Positions 9,054 to 19,353 are shown, numbered from the stretch's first letter. The stretch: DNA of 64,000 nucleotides from an uncultured bacterium (GCA_964409235.1 CAYPCN010000001.1:79389-143388), one strand, 5' to 3'. Numbers and translations are program-made. Notes: generated by a model not told the origin, from the letters alone.

Positions 9054-10839
9054 GCATGTCGATGCCTTCCGTACCTGGATGTATCCCTTTGGATTTGTGT
9101 CGTCAGTGGCATTCGGCCTCCGCTTTGTCATACAGTGGTGGTACAGCGAACGCGAGGGGCGATCTGTCGTCCCAAAAGCCTTTTGGATTCTCTCATGTGT
9201 TGGCAACGCCCTGCTGGCCATTCACTCTCTGATTCAACTCCATTTCCCTATCTACCTCATGCAATCCCAACAGCTGCTGCTCGCCTGGCGCAATCTCAAT
9301 CTCATGGGCAGTAGGCCGTTGCCATTGAGAAAATTTATCTTTTGGTTATGTGGTTCGGCGTTTGCTGCCGTCCTGCTGTTTGCCTCCCAATGTCTCGTGC
9401 TGCCCGAAGCGTCGTTCGGCTGGTTACGAGCGCCTCGTGTCTCGCATGCCTCGGGTGACGTGAGTTTGTGGGTTCACAGTATAGGCATCCTTGGTGTTGC
9501 TGCTTTTTCAGCTCGCTTCTGGCTGCAGTGGTGGGACGCTGAGACCAAGAGGAGGAGTGTGCTCTCCGAACCGTTTTGGTGGATCAGCCTGGTAGGAACG
9601 GCCATAGCAGGACTGTACTTCTTCCTCTTGTCGGACTGGGTGAACCTCCTTGGCCCGCTCTGCGCTTTCGTCCCCTACTCTCGCAATCTCATCCTCCTCC
9701 GCCGCGAGCGTACTCCGCCGTGCGATGTCGTCATCATCGCGGGGGAGACGAGTGGTGACCTGTTGGGAGAGGCCATTGCCCGGCAGCTGGTGCTTCGCCA
9801 CCCGTCGATCGCCATTGGTGGTGTCGCTGGCCCTGCCATGCGCAAGGCGGGGGTGCGCCTCTGGCTTCGGAGTGAGGCCTTTCATGTCATGGGTATTGTC
9901 GACGTGATCAAAAAAATCCCGTTCTTGCTTTTCGCTGTCCGTACGCTCGTCCGCCGCATCCTCGACGCCCACCCTGCCGTCGTCCTATGCATCGACCAAC
10001 CGTCGATGAGCATTGCCATCGCGAAACGCCTCAAACGGCGTGGCTACCAAGGCAAGATCGTCCAGGTGGTGGCTCCTACGGTCTGGGCCTATCGCCCAGA
10101 GCGGGCTGATACTGTGGCCCGCTATTTTGACCTCATTCTTCCGCTGTTTCGCTTTGAAGTTGACTATTTCCGCGATAAGCTGGAAGCGATATGGGTTGGA
10201 CACCCTGCAGCCTCTCTGTCGCGACATGTGCATGCTGCCGATGAGAAGAAGGCAACGCTGGCGCTCTTTCCAGGGAGTCGTCCCGGCGAAATTCGCCGCA
10301 ACCTACCTCTCCAGTTGCAGGCTGCGGCCATGATCCTCGGGCAGCACCCAGAGATGAGCGTTGCCATTGCTACTTCTGACACCCTGCAGCCGATGGTCGC
10401 TCGTGCTGCCCAAGGTTTTGGCATTCCATGCCAGTGCGTGGATTTCGCTGATCGATACCTGCTCATGGAACGCTCGAAAGCGGCCATTGCGAAATCCGGC
10501 ACCATCACCCTCGAGCTTGCTCTTTTCAATGTCCCCACTGTCTGCTGCTATCAGACCGGGCGCTTCACGCAGTGGTGGGCAAAAACCGTTCTCAAGCTCA
10601 CTCCTCGCTTTTTCGCTCTTCCCAATATCCTTACTGGCCAGCAGGTGGTCCCTGAGTGCATCCTCCCTCCGGTCCGTGCGAGCGACCTCGTCCACGCTCT
10701 GGAGCCATACCTCAAAGGTGATAGGACCATTTCTCCTGATGTCCAGCGCCAGCTTCGCTTTCAAATCGATGCCAGTGCCGAGGTGGGTGTGTTGGTCGTG
10801 CAGGCTGTAGAACGCCTTGCTGATGGGCGGCTCCGATGA
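9043..10839 (+). CDS. lpxB: Lipid-A-disaccharide synthase fused to two N-terminal LAB_N membrane domains
   Basis: Two copies of the RF..QWW.SE...SV.P..FW..S..G motif are followed by an LpxB body (IIAGETSGDLLG, IDQPSMSI, GTITLELALFNVP). The chlamydial LpxB has the same architecture. Confidence 0.85.
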   Translation: MTPEHVDAFRTWMYPFGFVSSVAFGLRFVIQWWYSEREGRSVVPKAFWILSCVGNALLAIHSLIQLHFPIYLMQSQQLLLAWRNLNLMGSRPLPLRKFIFWLCGSAFAAVLLFASQCLVLPEASFGWLRAPRVSHASGDVSLWVHSIGILGVAAFSARFWLQWWDAETKRRSVLSEPFWWISLVGTAIAGLYFFLLSDWVNLLGPLCAFVPYSRNLILLRRERTPPCDVVIIAGETSGDLLGEAIARQLVLRHPSIAIGGVAGPAMRKAGVRLWLRSEAFHVMGIVDVIKKIPFLLFAVRTLVRRILDAHPAVVLCIDQPSMSIAIAKRLKRRGYQGKIVQVVAPTVWAYRPERADTVARYFDLILPLFRFEVDYFRDKLEAIWVGHPAASLSRHVHAADEKKATLALFPGSRPGEIRRNLPLQLQAAAMILGQHPEMSVAIATSDTLQPMVARAAQGFGIPCQCVDFADRYLLMERSKAAIAKSGTITLELALFNVPTVCCYQTGRFTQWWAKTVLKLTPRFFALPNILTGQQVVPECILPPVRASDLVHALEPYLKGDRTISPDVQRQLRFQIDASAEVGVLVVQAVERLADGRLR

Positions 10840-11504
10840 AGCGCCGAAAAATGTGGCACCGCGCCCTTGCGTGGATAGTGACAAAGATCTTAGCGGTCTA
10901 CCTGAAGACGCTTCGCATTCAGTTTTTTGGCAAGGAGCGCGTCCAGCATGAGCTGTCGACGTCGCCAACAGGCTGCGCCTTTCTGCTGTGGCACGATTCC
11001 ATCCTTCTCGCCCCTCTCCTGCAGTGGACAACAGCTTTTCAGCCTTTGCTCCTCCTGATCAGCAATAGCCGAGATGGGGATATCCCCTCAGAGATTGGCA
11101 GACAGTATCGAGGGATCAGCGTCCTTCGCGTCAAACATGATGCGCGTGCTGGCGCGTTGGTCGACAGTTGTAAGGCGCTGCAGATGCACCAGTCTCTGTT
11201 CATCACTCCTGATGGCCCGCGAGGGCCGCGCCACCGCATCAAACCAGGGGCCTTGTACGCCTGTCAAAAATCCCAAGCGCCAATCATTCCCATCGTGTAT
11301 GCAGCCTCTTCGGTGAAGAGGCTGTCGTCGTGGGATCAATTTAAGATTCCGTGGCCTTTCTCTCGGGTTCTCTTTTCCTTCCTCGAGCCGATCTTCTGCC
11401 CAAACGAGGGATCGCTAGAACATGTGCAAGCGGACATCGAACGGAAGATGAAGGCCGAGGAACAGCGGCTGTTGCAGCAGCTTGCTGCCACAAAAGGGTC
11501 GTGA
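10836..11504 (+). CDS. DUF374-family lysophospholipid acyltransferase-like protein
   Basis: LLWHDSILLAP, ISNSRDGD and ITPDGPRGPRH motifs. The start overlaps the lpxB stop (ATGA). Confidence 0.75.
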   Translation: MKRRKMWHRALAWIVTKILAVYLKTLRIQFFGKERVQHELSTSPTGCAFLLWHDSILLAPLLQWTTAFQPLLLLISNSRDGDIPSEIGRQYRGISVLRVKHDARAGALVDSCKALQMHQSLFITPDGPRGPRHRIKPGALYACQKSQAPIIPIVYAASSVKRLSSWDQFKIPWPFSRVLFSFLEPIFCPNEGSLEHVQADIERKMKAEEQRLLQQLAATKGS

Positions 11505-11563
11505 TGCTGAATGTCCGGGGACTTGCTTTCGTTTGCTTGACCTATGGCCGCAGGACTTTTCGA

Positions 11564-12514
11564 TCAGTCTGTGGAGGATACAATGCTGAACTGTTGGCTC
11601 GTGGAAAAGGCGCGCTCTGTCCTCTCTACAATCTCTTCAATGACGGCTGTCCTTGCTTGGGAAATCGCCGTTACAAGAGCCTCTTTCGAACTCGAGCCGT
11701 GGCATTTAAAGACCGTTCCTTTGACACCTGCGAGGAGCGCGCCACTTGGCTTGTAGGAGAGCGAGGGGGAGCGGGCGAGCTGTACCATTGCTTCTGCTGT
11801 CTTGAGGAAAATGTTGCCAGCGAAGCCTGTGGTGACCAGCACGTCGACATGGCCTGCCACGACGTCTGGTGGCTCAACATTTCCGATATATTCCCAGTCG
11901 GCCGATGTTGCCATTGACAGGTAGCGATCTGCTTGCCGCAGCTCCGTTGTCCCTCGTCCTGCTTCGCGACCGATGTTCAAGAGCCCGACGCGAGGGCGAT
12001 CGATGCCATGGGATACGGATGCATAGGCGCTGCCCAAGAGGGCATAGGAAAAGAGATCTCGCCCAGAGGCAGCGACAAAGGCTCCCATATCGAGGGCGAT
12101 CACCCTGCCGTAGGGGAGGGGCAGCTCGGCGATGAGTGCTGGGTGGTGGAGGCCAGAAAAACGTTTGAGGTGTATCACGGCCGCTGCTGTCACCGCACCG
12201 GTGTTTGCGCAGGTGACAAGGGCGGAGACATCCCCTGCTTTTACATCCAGCATCGCTTGGACGAGGGAAGAGTTCTTTTTTTTTCGGATGGCTGTGAGAG
12301 CCTCGTCTTTCATCGTAATAACGTCAGGGCAATGTCGGCATTCAAGGCGCGGAGAAGCGCTGTGAAGGGGGATAGAACAGTAACAGCGGAGGGCGAAGCG
12401 ATGATCTTGTACAGCCTCTTGGCAAGCGGCGAACAATGCGAGTTGTTCTTCATCTGCTCCGGCGAGGTCAACGCCAATCACCGGCTGTCCAAGGCCGCAT
12501 GCCTGCTGCTTCAT
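11564..12514 (-). CDS. plsX: Phosphate acyltransferase PlsX
   Basis: 316 aa. IGVDLAGAD, GNVEP, the VLVTTGFAGNIFLKT motif, and the conserved position downstream of rpmF. Confidence 0.88.
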   Translation of the reverse strand: MKQQACGLGQPVIGVDLAGADEEQLALFAACQEAVQDHRFALRCYCSIPLHSASPRLECRHCPDVITMKDEALTAIRKKKNSSLVQAMLDVKAGDVSALVTCANTGAVTAAAVIHLKRFSGLHHPALIAELPLPYGRVIALDMGAFVAASGRDLFSYALLGSAYASVSHGIDRPRVGLLNIGREAGRGTTELRQADRYLSMATSADWEYIGNVEPPDVVAGHVDVLVTTGFAGNIFLKTAEAMVQLARSPSLSYKPSGALLAGVKGTVFKCHGSSSKEALVTAISQARTAVIEEIVERTERAFSTSQQFSIVSSTD

Positions 12515-12528
12515 AGCTGGACGCTTCC

Positions 12529-12708
12529 CTAGGTCGCTGCCGGTGTTGCCTGTCTTCCCGCGTATTTACCACAAGCAGGGCATGCCGTGTGCGGCATCTT
12601 ACGAACTCCGCACGCTGTGCACGCACTGAAGTTCTTTGGTGTTTTTGCATGATGAGCACGCTTGGAATTTTTCCTAGCGTTCGAATGGCGGTTACGTGGT
12701 ACGGCCAT
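12529..12708 (-). CDS. rpmF: 50S ribosomal protein L32 (59 aa; below the ORF-track length cutoff)
   Basis: Hand translation gives MAVPRNRHSNARKNSKRAHHAKTPKNFSACTACGVRKMPHTACPACGKYAGRQATPAAT with a TAG stop at 12529-12531. It has the canonical L32 N terminus and zinc ribbon and sits in the yceD-rpmF-plsX order. Confidence 0.9.
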   Translation of the reverse strand: MAVPRNRHSNARKNSKRAHHAKTPKNFSACTACGVRKMPHTACPACGKYAGRQATPAAT

Positions 12709-12723
12709 GGCATTTCCTTTTCA

Positions 12724-13209
12724 TTATATCTCTTGTAACAACGCGCGAAACGGCTGGTATGTTTCGTCTTCTTGGTCATCCGGACCGGAGATCGCGAGGT
12801 ACTGTTTGATGTCATCAATATGACGGCATACATCACCGCCGCACCGGACGAAAAACGGGACTTCAATGAGAATCGCTTCGCGGAGCTCATCGCTGAGGTC
12901 TACAATTCCCTCTTTGATGGCTTCGGCTGACACGCTTGCTTCCCATGGCGTGAGGGCTACGGAAACGTCGCACATTTCATTGCACATCGAACACGGAAGG
13001 CGAAGCGACGCTTTCACCTGCCCTTCGACCAGTACCCATTCTGATGCCTGATATGCCCTGCCCGAGACTTCGATATCGGAGACAGCCGACAATTCATCAT
13101 CAGGTGGCAAATCGAGAAATGATGGCGGTAGCCGTTCTTCGAACAGCACGTTGCTATTCTCATGCGAGCTGTCAACTCGAACACATAATCTATGTTTTTG
13201 GCGATCCAT
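12724..13209 (-). CDS. yceD: YceD/DUF177 family protein
   Basis: 161 aa, acidic, with CSMCNE...RC cysteine pairs. It lies immediately upstream of rpmF. Confidence 0.75.
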   Translation of the reverse strand: MDRQKHRLCVRVDSSHENSNVLFEERLPPSFLDLPPDDELSAVSDIEVSGRAYQASEWVLVEGQVKASLRLPCSMCNEMCDVSVALTPWEASVSAEAIKEGIVDLSDELREAILIEVPFFVRCGGDVCRHIDDIKQYLAISGPDDQEDETYQPFRALLQEI

Positions 13210-13396
13210 GAAACACCAATCTGGACTTCTTCAGGCCCATTATTCTACCGCCTCTGCGCATTTTCATCCACAGAGGTCTCGGAATTGTCAACCCGGGTTG
13301 TCACAAAATCTCGCGCCCTATAGACTGCGGTTTCTCTACATTGCGTACTTTCTCTCTCATGTGAGGGGGGATACAGCTTGTGTAGATACTGTTTAG

Positions 13397-14638
13397 ATGG
13401 GTGGGAGGTTGTTCATGGAGGTTGTATTGTTGGCTGTTATCTCTGCTGCAATGGCGAGTACGCCCGCTGTTCCCGAGCTTGATGGGCTCGATATAGCAGC
13501 GGCGGTTGTTGCTCCGGAAGAGGCTCCAAAACCAATTGTACCCAAATCTCCTAAAAAGCAGCTTACACAGCCGTTGGAAGCCTTTACAGGGAAAGTCACA
13601 GGCTCAAGAGTGCGAGTACGTCTACAGCCAAGCCTCGATGGCATGATCTTGAAAGAACTCAGCCAAGGCGAGCTCCTCATCGTCACGGGAGAGGTGGACG
13701 ATTTCTATGCCGTCAAACCGGAGTCACAATGCAAGGGCTATATCTACCGTGCCTATGTGCTTGACAATATCGTAGAAGCCAATAACGTCAACCTCCGTCT
13801 CGAACCCGATATCCATGCGCCCATTCTCACGCAGCTTGGACAGGGCGATGTCGTGAAAGGAACGATCTGTCCTGAGAACAACAAATGGCTTATGATCGAC
13901 CTGCCAGATACCGTTCGCTTCTACATCGCCAAAGACTTTGTTGCTAACGTCGGAGACGTCTCCCTCTACAAACGGACCCAAATGCGCCGCCAGCAGCTTG
14001 TCGGCCGCCTGGATGCAATCGAAAAAAATATCCAGCAAGAGCTGGCGAAGCCTTTTGCTGAAGTGCAGCTTGTCCCTTATGTCAACGATTTGAAAACTAT
14101 TGTTGCCCAAAATCAAGACCTCCCAGAACTATCTGAAAAGGCTCAATCGTTGATCAAGACGATCCAAGAGCAGTATCTTCAGTTGAGTCTCAAGAGACCC
14201 TTGGAAGGGGAGAAGGAGAGCGATCGTCCTCTCGAGCAACGCCACGAACAAAGCCAAATAGCAGCTGTGGACACATCGTCGCTGCATGATGTTCGCCATT
14301 TCTCTTCGTTTGCGTTGGATCAACAAGAGAATTCCATTCTCAATAATGCCTTTACCTCTGGCAAAGTCGATAGTAGAGAGACGTTTTACCTCGAAGAGCT
14401 GAGAAATGCTCAAGAGCTCATTGGCCAGCTTGTTCCGTATGATCGACCGGTCAAAAACCGTCCTGGGGATTTTATGCTGGTGGATGCCAAAACAAAAGTC
14501 CCTATTGCCTATCTGTATAGCAATCGTCTGGACCTGCATCAGTTTGCAGGCCAGCACGTGCATCTCATGGTTTCTCCACGTCCTAATCACCATTTTGCGT
14601 TGCCAGCCTATTTTGTCCTTGAAGTCAAAAGCTGGTAG
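13397..14638 (+). CDS. Secreted protein with two bacterial SH3 domains
   Basis: Signal-like N terminus (VVLLAVISAAMAS). Two SH3b-like segments are present (VTGSRVRVRLQPSLDGMILKEL..GELL and NVNLRLEPDIHAPILTQLGQGDVV), followed by a coiled region. Confidence 0.6.
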   Translation: MGGRLFMEVVLLAVISAAMASTPAVPELDGLDIAAAVVAPEEAPKPIVPKSPKKQLTQPLEAFTGKVTGSRVRVRLQPSLDGMILKELSQGELLIVTGEVDDFYAVKPESQCKGYIYRAYVLDNIVEANNVNLRLEPDIHAPILTQLGQGDVVKGTICPENNKWLMIDLPDTVRFYIAKDFVANVGDVSLYKRTQMRRQQLVGRLDAIEKNIQQELAKPFAEVQLVPYVNDLKTIVAQNQDLPELSEKAQSLIKTIQEQYLQLSLKRPLEGEKESDRPLEQRHEQSQIAAVDTSSLHDVRHFSSFALDQQENSILNNAFTSGKVDSRETFYLEELRNAQELIGQLVPYDRPVKNRPGDFMLVDAKTKVPIAYLYSNRLDLHQFAGQHVHLMVSPRPNHHFALPAYFVLEVKSW

Positions 14639-14797
14639 AGCCATTTGCGATGTGAGGTATTGGAGGAGGAGCGTGAGGTTTTTGGATCGAGCTACCCCAA
14701 AAACCGACGAAGCCTATATGCCTTGACATATGGGTGGAGAGGCCTTGGGTAGATTCGATCCTACGCTGTTTTTCAAAAGACACATCGCACATGGTCC
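14638..14797 (+). mobile_element. MITE-like hairpin element, full-length copy C (160 bp)
   Basis: Termini are GAGCCATTTGCGATGTG and CACATCGCACATGGTCC. It starts at the stop codon of the SH3 gene. Flanks are CTGGTA and CTGGTG (5/6 match). Confidence 0.85.
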
Positions 14798-14817
14798 TGG
14801 TGCGACTGCGGGTGATG

Positions 14818-15819
14818 CTACCGTGTGAGCGTTTGGTACATCTGTCCAACGGTTTTCGTGAGGATGTCTGCCCGCTCAATGCGTCGCTGCTTTTTGTCGG
14901 GGCTGGTGCCGATCTCCTCCATATTGAGGGCAGGGCCGAAGGCAAGGCGGGCAGGTGCGAAGCGTACTTGGCGAGACTCTCCGAGTTCAATCTGCGTTGT
15001 GGGAGGGGGCGGCAGGAGGTCTATGGTGGCAAGAGCGAGAAGATAGAGGTGGGTCGGTTGCGTAGCTTTTTGCGAGAGTAAGCAAAACATCTCGACACTT
15101 TGAGGGTCAAAAGGCGCGATGGTGACATTCCCTTGCTGATCAAAGCGATCACGGCCTCCGCTCGGCGCTACGTAGATGCATTTCCCACCTTCGTTGAGCA
15201 GATCTTCGAGCTTGGCAAGGGTTTTAGCATTGTGGAGGAGCTTCTCAGATTTTTTCTCAGGCGGAAAGTCGATGTATTTTTTTGAGAAGATGGAGAGGAT
15301 GTTGACACCGCGTGAAAATGGGATTGCGAGAGGGTCGGTGGTCACGCGGTGACCGGCAATGAAGATCATGGACGTTGCCAGTCGATCAGAGTACGGCGTG
15401 GTGAGGAGGCTGATAATTTGTGGGTCGATTTCTGTTTGGTGGTTGGCGAGGAGGATGGCGTTCTCGCCTCGCTCTGTTGCTTCGATGATAGCATGGAGGT
15501 TATCTTCGCCTGTGATGAAAGACTGGGGTGTATCGAGTAAGGGGCGAACGATTGAGCGGCCAAACTCATAGAAATCGAATGGAAATCTCTCTGCTGTGTG
15601 GAAATGATTGAAGTTGGTGGGGTGGAGTATTGCTTCGTGAATGCATCGAATATATTCTTCGAACAGAGACGTCGGGTCGACCGTTGGCGTAGGTCCTGAA
15701 GCCAATGCCTGTTGGTAACTATCAAAGAATTCAGTGAGCAGACCGGTCGTTTTGTCATCGAATTTCGATTCTCGGAGCGCTGTGTAGAGAGCGTTGATAT
15801 CCATGGATGTTCTTCTCAC
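14818..15819 (-). CDS. plsB: Glycerol-3-phosphate acyltransferase, short plant/chlamydial type
   Basis: 333 aa with the ILLANHQTEIDPQ (HxxxxD) acyltransferase motif, IFIAGHRV and VAPSGGRDR, as in ATS1-like GPATs. Confidence 0.8.
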   Translation of the reverse strand: MRRTSMDINALYTALRESKFDDKTTGLLTEFFDSYQQALASGPTPTVDPTSLFEEYIRCIHEAILHPTNFNHFHTAERFPFDFYEFGRSIVRPLLDTPQSFITGEDNLHAIIEATERGENAILLANHQTEIDPQIISLLTTPYSDRLATSMIFIAGHRVTTDPLAIPFSRGVNILSIFSKKYIDFPPEKKSEKLLHNAKTLAKLEDLLNEGGKCIYVAPSGGRDRFDQQGNVTIAPFDPQSVEMFCLLSQKATQPTHLYLLALATIDLLPPPPTTQIELGESRQVRFAPARLAFGPALNMEEIGTSPDKKQRRIERADILTKTVGQMYQTLTR

Positions 15820-17348
15820 GACAGTTCAATGGTCTGATTGGTAATCGAGGAGACGAACTTGTAATCGTTCAAGTGGAGAGCGTCGTCCGTTCCCCACGAT
15901 AGCTTTGCATTCAGCGATTCGGCAAGCTGTGAGAGGAATTCTCTGTCAGTCCGTTGGAGATGGCGGAACATCTCCGGGTGCACGACGATCTTGATAGCAT
16001 ACTGCTGTTGGCATTGGATGACGCGTTTTACGTCTCGTTCTAATTCGATGGCCACGCTGTCGTGGGTTTTGATCGTTCCTGTTCCCGAGCAGTATGGACA
16101 TGCTGTGTACAGAGTTTGCAAGAGTGACCCTCGGCTTCTCTGCCGCGTCATTTCGATAAGGCCAAACTCGCTCATGCCGAGAATCGTGCACTTTGCGGTG
16201 TCTGCTTTCATGCATTCTTTGAAGTGTTCGAGCACGCGGCGTTGGTTTTTACGCGATCTCATGTCGATGAAATCGCAGATGATCAGCCCTCCGATGTTGC
16301 GAATTTTCAATTGACGTGCAATCTCTTCGGCAGCCTCGAGGTTAATGCGAACGAGTGTTTCCTCCACATCTCCTGTTTCGACATTTGTGCTACGGCCGGA
16401 GTTGACGTCGATGGTGTGCATCGCTTCAGTCTGGTCGAAGTAGAGGTAGCCGCCGCTATGAAGCCATATCTTGCGCTTGAGGCTGCGCTCGATCTCTTTT
16501 TCAACGCCAAAGCGTTCAAACATGGGAAACTTATCGCGATAGAATTCAATGCGGAGAGGGTGCTCAGCGCTATAGGGAGCAAACAGCCGACGACATAGTT
16601 GGTAGGTGGTGTAATGGTCGACGAGGAGGCGCTCAACGCGCTTGTCGACAGCGGTGAGGACAGCCCGTTTGATGATGTCCGATTCTTCGTACAGCAGGCC
16701 GGTGCGAGGAGTCGTTTTATACTTTTCAACAATCCCTTGCCATGTGGAGAACAGCTCTGTGGCTTCTGAGAGGAGCTGCTCATCGCTCGCCTGTTGGCTT
16801 GCCGTCCTGCAGATGATCCCCATCTCAGCAGGGATTTCAAACGTGCGAAGTGTCCGCTTGAGTCGCTCTCGCGCCGTGCGATCTTCAATCTTGCGTGACA
16901 CGCCCCGATGGGGGGAGTTTGGAAGGAATACGAGGTAGCGACCAGGAAGAGAGATTTTTGAGGTGAGCCTCGCTCCTTTGGTACCGATCGGTTCTTTAAC
17001 GACCTGGACAATGACAAATTGATCAGGTTTGAGAAACTGGTCGATCTTGGCATTCTGCGACTCTTCTCTGCTCGAAATTTCGCCTCCAAAGTCGATATCA
17101 AACGCTTCTTCAAGTTTTCGAGTATTTTCGAGAATGTCGCTTAAATGAATAAAGCCGTTCTCTCCCTCATTAATGTCAATAAAGGCCGATTGAATGTTGT
17201 GTAGTATGTTGGTAACGCGGCCTTTATATACGTTTCCCGTTGTCTGTCGTTCGCGTTTGCGTTCGATGACAAGGTTATGGAGTCGACCGTTCTTCAGATG
17301 GGCAAAGCGGGTCTCCTTGGATTCGATGTTCAACAAGATCTCTTGCAT
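15816..17348 (-). CDS. rng: Ribonuclease E/G family endoribonuclease
   Basis: 510 aa. S1 domain (GNVYKGRVTNILHNIQSAFIDI), IDVNSGR, GLIICDFIDM and a CPYCSGTG zinc link. Confidence 0.88.
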   Translation of the reverse strand: MQEILLNIESKETRFAHLKNGRLHNLVIERKRERQTTGNVYKGRVTNILHNIQSAFIDINEGENGFIHLSDILENTRKLEEAFDIDFGGEISSREESQNAKIDQFLKPDQFVIVQVVKEPIGTKGARLTSKISLPGRYLVFLPNSPHRGVSRKIEDRTARERLKRTLRTFEIPAEMGIICRTASQQASDEQLLSEATELFSTWQGIVEKYKTTPRTGLLYEESDIIKRAVLTAVDKRVERLLVDHYTTYQLCRRLFAPYSAEHPLRIEFYRDKFPMFERFGVEKEIERSLKRKIWLHSGGYLYFDQTEAMHTIDVNSGRSTNVETGDVEETLVRINLEAAEEIARQLKIRNIGGLIICDFIDMRSRKNQRRVLEHFKECMKADTAKCTILGMSEFGLIEMTRQRSRGSLLQTLYTACPYCSGTGTIKTHDSVAIELERDVKRVIQCQQQYAIKIVVHPEMFRHLQRTDREFLSQLAESLNAKLSWGTDDALHLNDYKFVSSITNQTIELS

Positions 17349-17424
17349 GCACTCTCCAAAAGTTGAGATAGTACTGCGTCAATCGTACACCTCTGACCTG
17401 TTTCCCTGGAAGAATATGTGACAG

Positions 17425-17550
17425 AAGCCATGCGCGATGTGGATTTTTAGAGGAGAAGGAGGAGATTTTTGGGTCGAACTACCTCAAAACCGACGAAGCT
17501 CATATGCCCCGACATATGAGTGACGAGATTTTGGCTTCGATAGGTAGTCT
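17425..17550 (+). mobile_element. MITE-like element, copy D, truncated on the right and abutting tRNA-Leu
   Basis: The left terminus AAGCCATGCGCGATGTG and the left arm through the central CATATGCC-CCGA-CATATG are collinear with the other copies. The right arm diverges after about 17542 and has no right terminus. The tRNA begins at 17562. Confidence 0.75.
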
Positions 17551-17561
17551 GCAAGAAACAA

Positions 17562-17644
17562 TGCCGATGGCCGGACTCGAACCAGCACCTGGTTACCCAG
17601 AGTAGATTTTGAGTCTACCGCGTCTACCATTCCGCCACACCGGC
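17562..17644 (-). tRNA. tRNA-Leu (anticodon CAA)
   Basis: Hand-folded: acceptor GCCGGTG/CATCGGC, anticodon stem GTAGA/TCTAC with loop CTCAAAA, long variable arm, T arm GCTGG-TTCGAGT-CCGGC. CCA is not encoded. Confidence 0.9.
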
Positions 17645-17750
17645 ATGTGGAAGAGAGCGTACGGAAGCAGTGGTTTTTTTAACCACAGATTTTTCGTGCC
17701 CTGGAGCACAAAAGGAGTGTACTGTACGAGGCGCGATGCCCCGCGACCTA

Positions 17751-17779
17751 TTGATAAAAAATTCGAATGCTACTATACT
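17751..17779 (+). promoter_or_regulatory. Candidate sigma-70/66-type promoter (TTGATA-N17-TATACT) upstream of the kinase gene
   Basis: A near-consensus -35 and -10 with 17-nt spacing lie in an AT-rich stretch about 45 nt upstream of the ATG at 17823. Confidence 0.35.
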
Positions 17780-17822
17780 TTCCATTTTTCAATCCATTTC
17801 TTTGATTCATTGGATTTTATTT

Positions 17823-19283
17823 ATGGCACATCTTATTGAAAATTATATAACGCCCGATTGTTTGCTTAATATAGGTGCCTGGATCCCTCCTCCACCAGAG
17901 GAGATGGGTATATGGCCGGATCAGATTCTTGACCCTGCTGGGACCTCGGCGGAGGATCTCAGCTCTCAGGCGGCACCAGCGTGTAAGGCGCTTGAACCTC
18001 TGCCTGCTACTGTTCCTCCGAGCATGTTGCTTGCTCCACCGCCCTTCATGGGACCTCCGCCGTTTCACAGAAGGAAGATCAGGCTTTCCCAAGCACCACC
18101 GCCTTTGTATGTCGGCGTGCCAGAGATGTTTGCCGCAGCTCCGCCTGTACAATCTATGTATATGACGTCCCAGGATATTGAACGCATGATGTCGAGCATT
18201 CCGTTCGCTTCCTTGACGAGAGAGATGCCTCGGAACAAGGCGTTGGCTGTAGAACGGTTTGTGAAGGACAAGTTGCCAATGGTTCTTCAGGGGATGTCGA
18301 AAGAAGAGACAAAAGCTGTCCATACGTCGAAAAGTCGAGTTCTTGGCGAGTGTCGAATTCGTTGCGACGGTAGATATAGTGACAAAGGCTTTGAGGTGTA
18401 CATCCGGTATGGCGTTATGCGAGGGGGTGTGAAAAAGATTAGCCAAAAGATGTACCTCATCGGTCCTCAGCAAGGTCGGATATGTGCCTATGCCAAGCCA
18501 TTTCAAGATGGTGGAGTCCGCCGGAACAAGGAGAACGACAAGATGTACTGCATGCGAAGCCAGGAATTGGTCCAAGAGGTGTGTATAGGGCAATTGTTTC
18601 GCAATTCGTCTCATATCATCCCCATTGAAATGGTACCGAGAAGAAAGAGACCTACACAGATCAAGGCTATTCAGATGCCATGGTGTAATGGCGGCGATCT
18701 TGCTATGTGTCTTAAAATGAACAGCCCTCCGCTCTCGCACCACGATCGCCTGCAGATCATCAGGGAAATTGCACTCGGAATACGCGAGATCCATTCGAAG
18801 AATATGTGCCATATGGACTTGAAGCCTGGCAATGTGTTGATTCAAAGAACTGCGGAAGGAATCAGCGCTTTTATCTGCGATCTTGGCCGCGTGTGCTTCA
18901 AGGACGTTCGTATGCCGACTCCAATTTCGACGAGGGGGTATACGGCTCCAGAGCAGATTGTGAAAGATGCAGAGACCAAGTTTTCCATGGACATATGGAA
19001 TATTGGCCTGATTGCGTTAGAAATACTGCATGGTCAGGAGAGCAACTTGTACGTCTCTGAGGAGGTAGTGTTGCAGGACAAAGACTTCAACCATCCTCCG
19101 TGTTTTCCCACTCTCGTCGCCTTGTGGTATGGTATCCATACCAAGATTATGCGAAAGCTTGGGAATTCTCCTTGTGATCAACTGATTAAAAGGATGATCA
19201 GTTTTGCCCCTCAGGAACGGCCCACAGCTGATGAAGTGATGACCGCTGTGGAAAAGCTTCTCATAGTCGATTTGTTCAAGTGA
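17823..19283 (+). CDS. Eukaryote-like Ser/Thr protein kinase with a proline-rich N-terminal region
   Basis: ORF 17670-19283; I prefer the start at 17823 (MAHLIENY). The C-terminal half has HMDLKPGNVL, CDLG, GYTAPE and a subdomain XI-like QERPTADEV. The N-terminal part contains PPPPEE, PPPFMGPPPF and APPPLY. Confidence 0.8.
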   Translation: MAHLIENYITPDCLLNIGAWIPPPPEEMGIWPDQILDPAGTSAEDLSSQAAPACKALEPLPATVPPSMLLAPPPFMGPPPFHRRKIRLSQAPPPLYVGVPEMFAAAPPVQSMYMTSQDIERMMSSIPFASLTREMPRNKALAVERFVKDKLPMVLQGMSKEETKAVHTSKSRVLGECRIRCDGRYSDKGFEVYIRYGVMRGGVKKISQKMYLIGPQQGRICAYAKPFQDGGVRRNKENDKMYCMRSQELVQEVCIGQLFRNSSHIIPIEMVPRRKRPTQIKAIQMPWCNGGDLAMCLKMNSPPLSHHDRLQIIREIALGIREIHSKNMCHMDLKPGNVLIQRTAEGISAFICDLGRVCFKDVRMPTPISTRGYTAPEQIVKDAETKFSMDIWNIGLIALEILHGQESNLYVSEEVVLQDKDFNHPPCFPTLVALWYGIHTKIMRKLGNSPCDQLIKRMISFAPQERPTADEVMTAVEKLLIVDLFK

Positions 19284-19353
19284 TTGAGGGGAACCTGGAA
19301 CATGCTGCGCTGGTATCTCTAGAGAATCCCAAGCTCCCTTTGCTCAACGTGGG

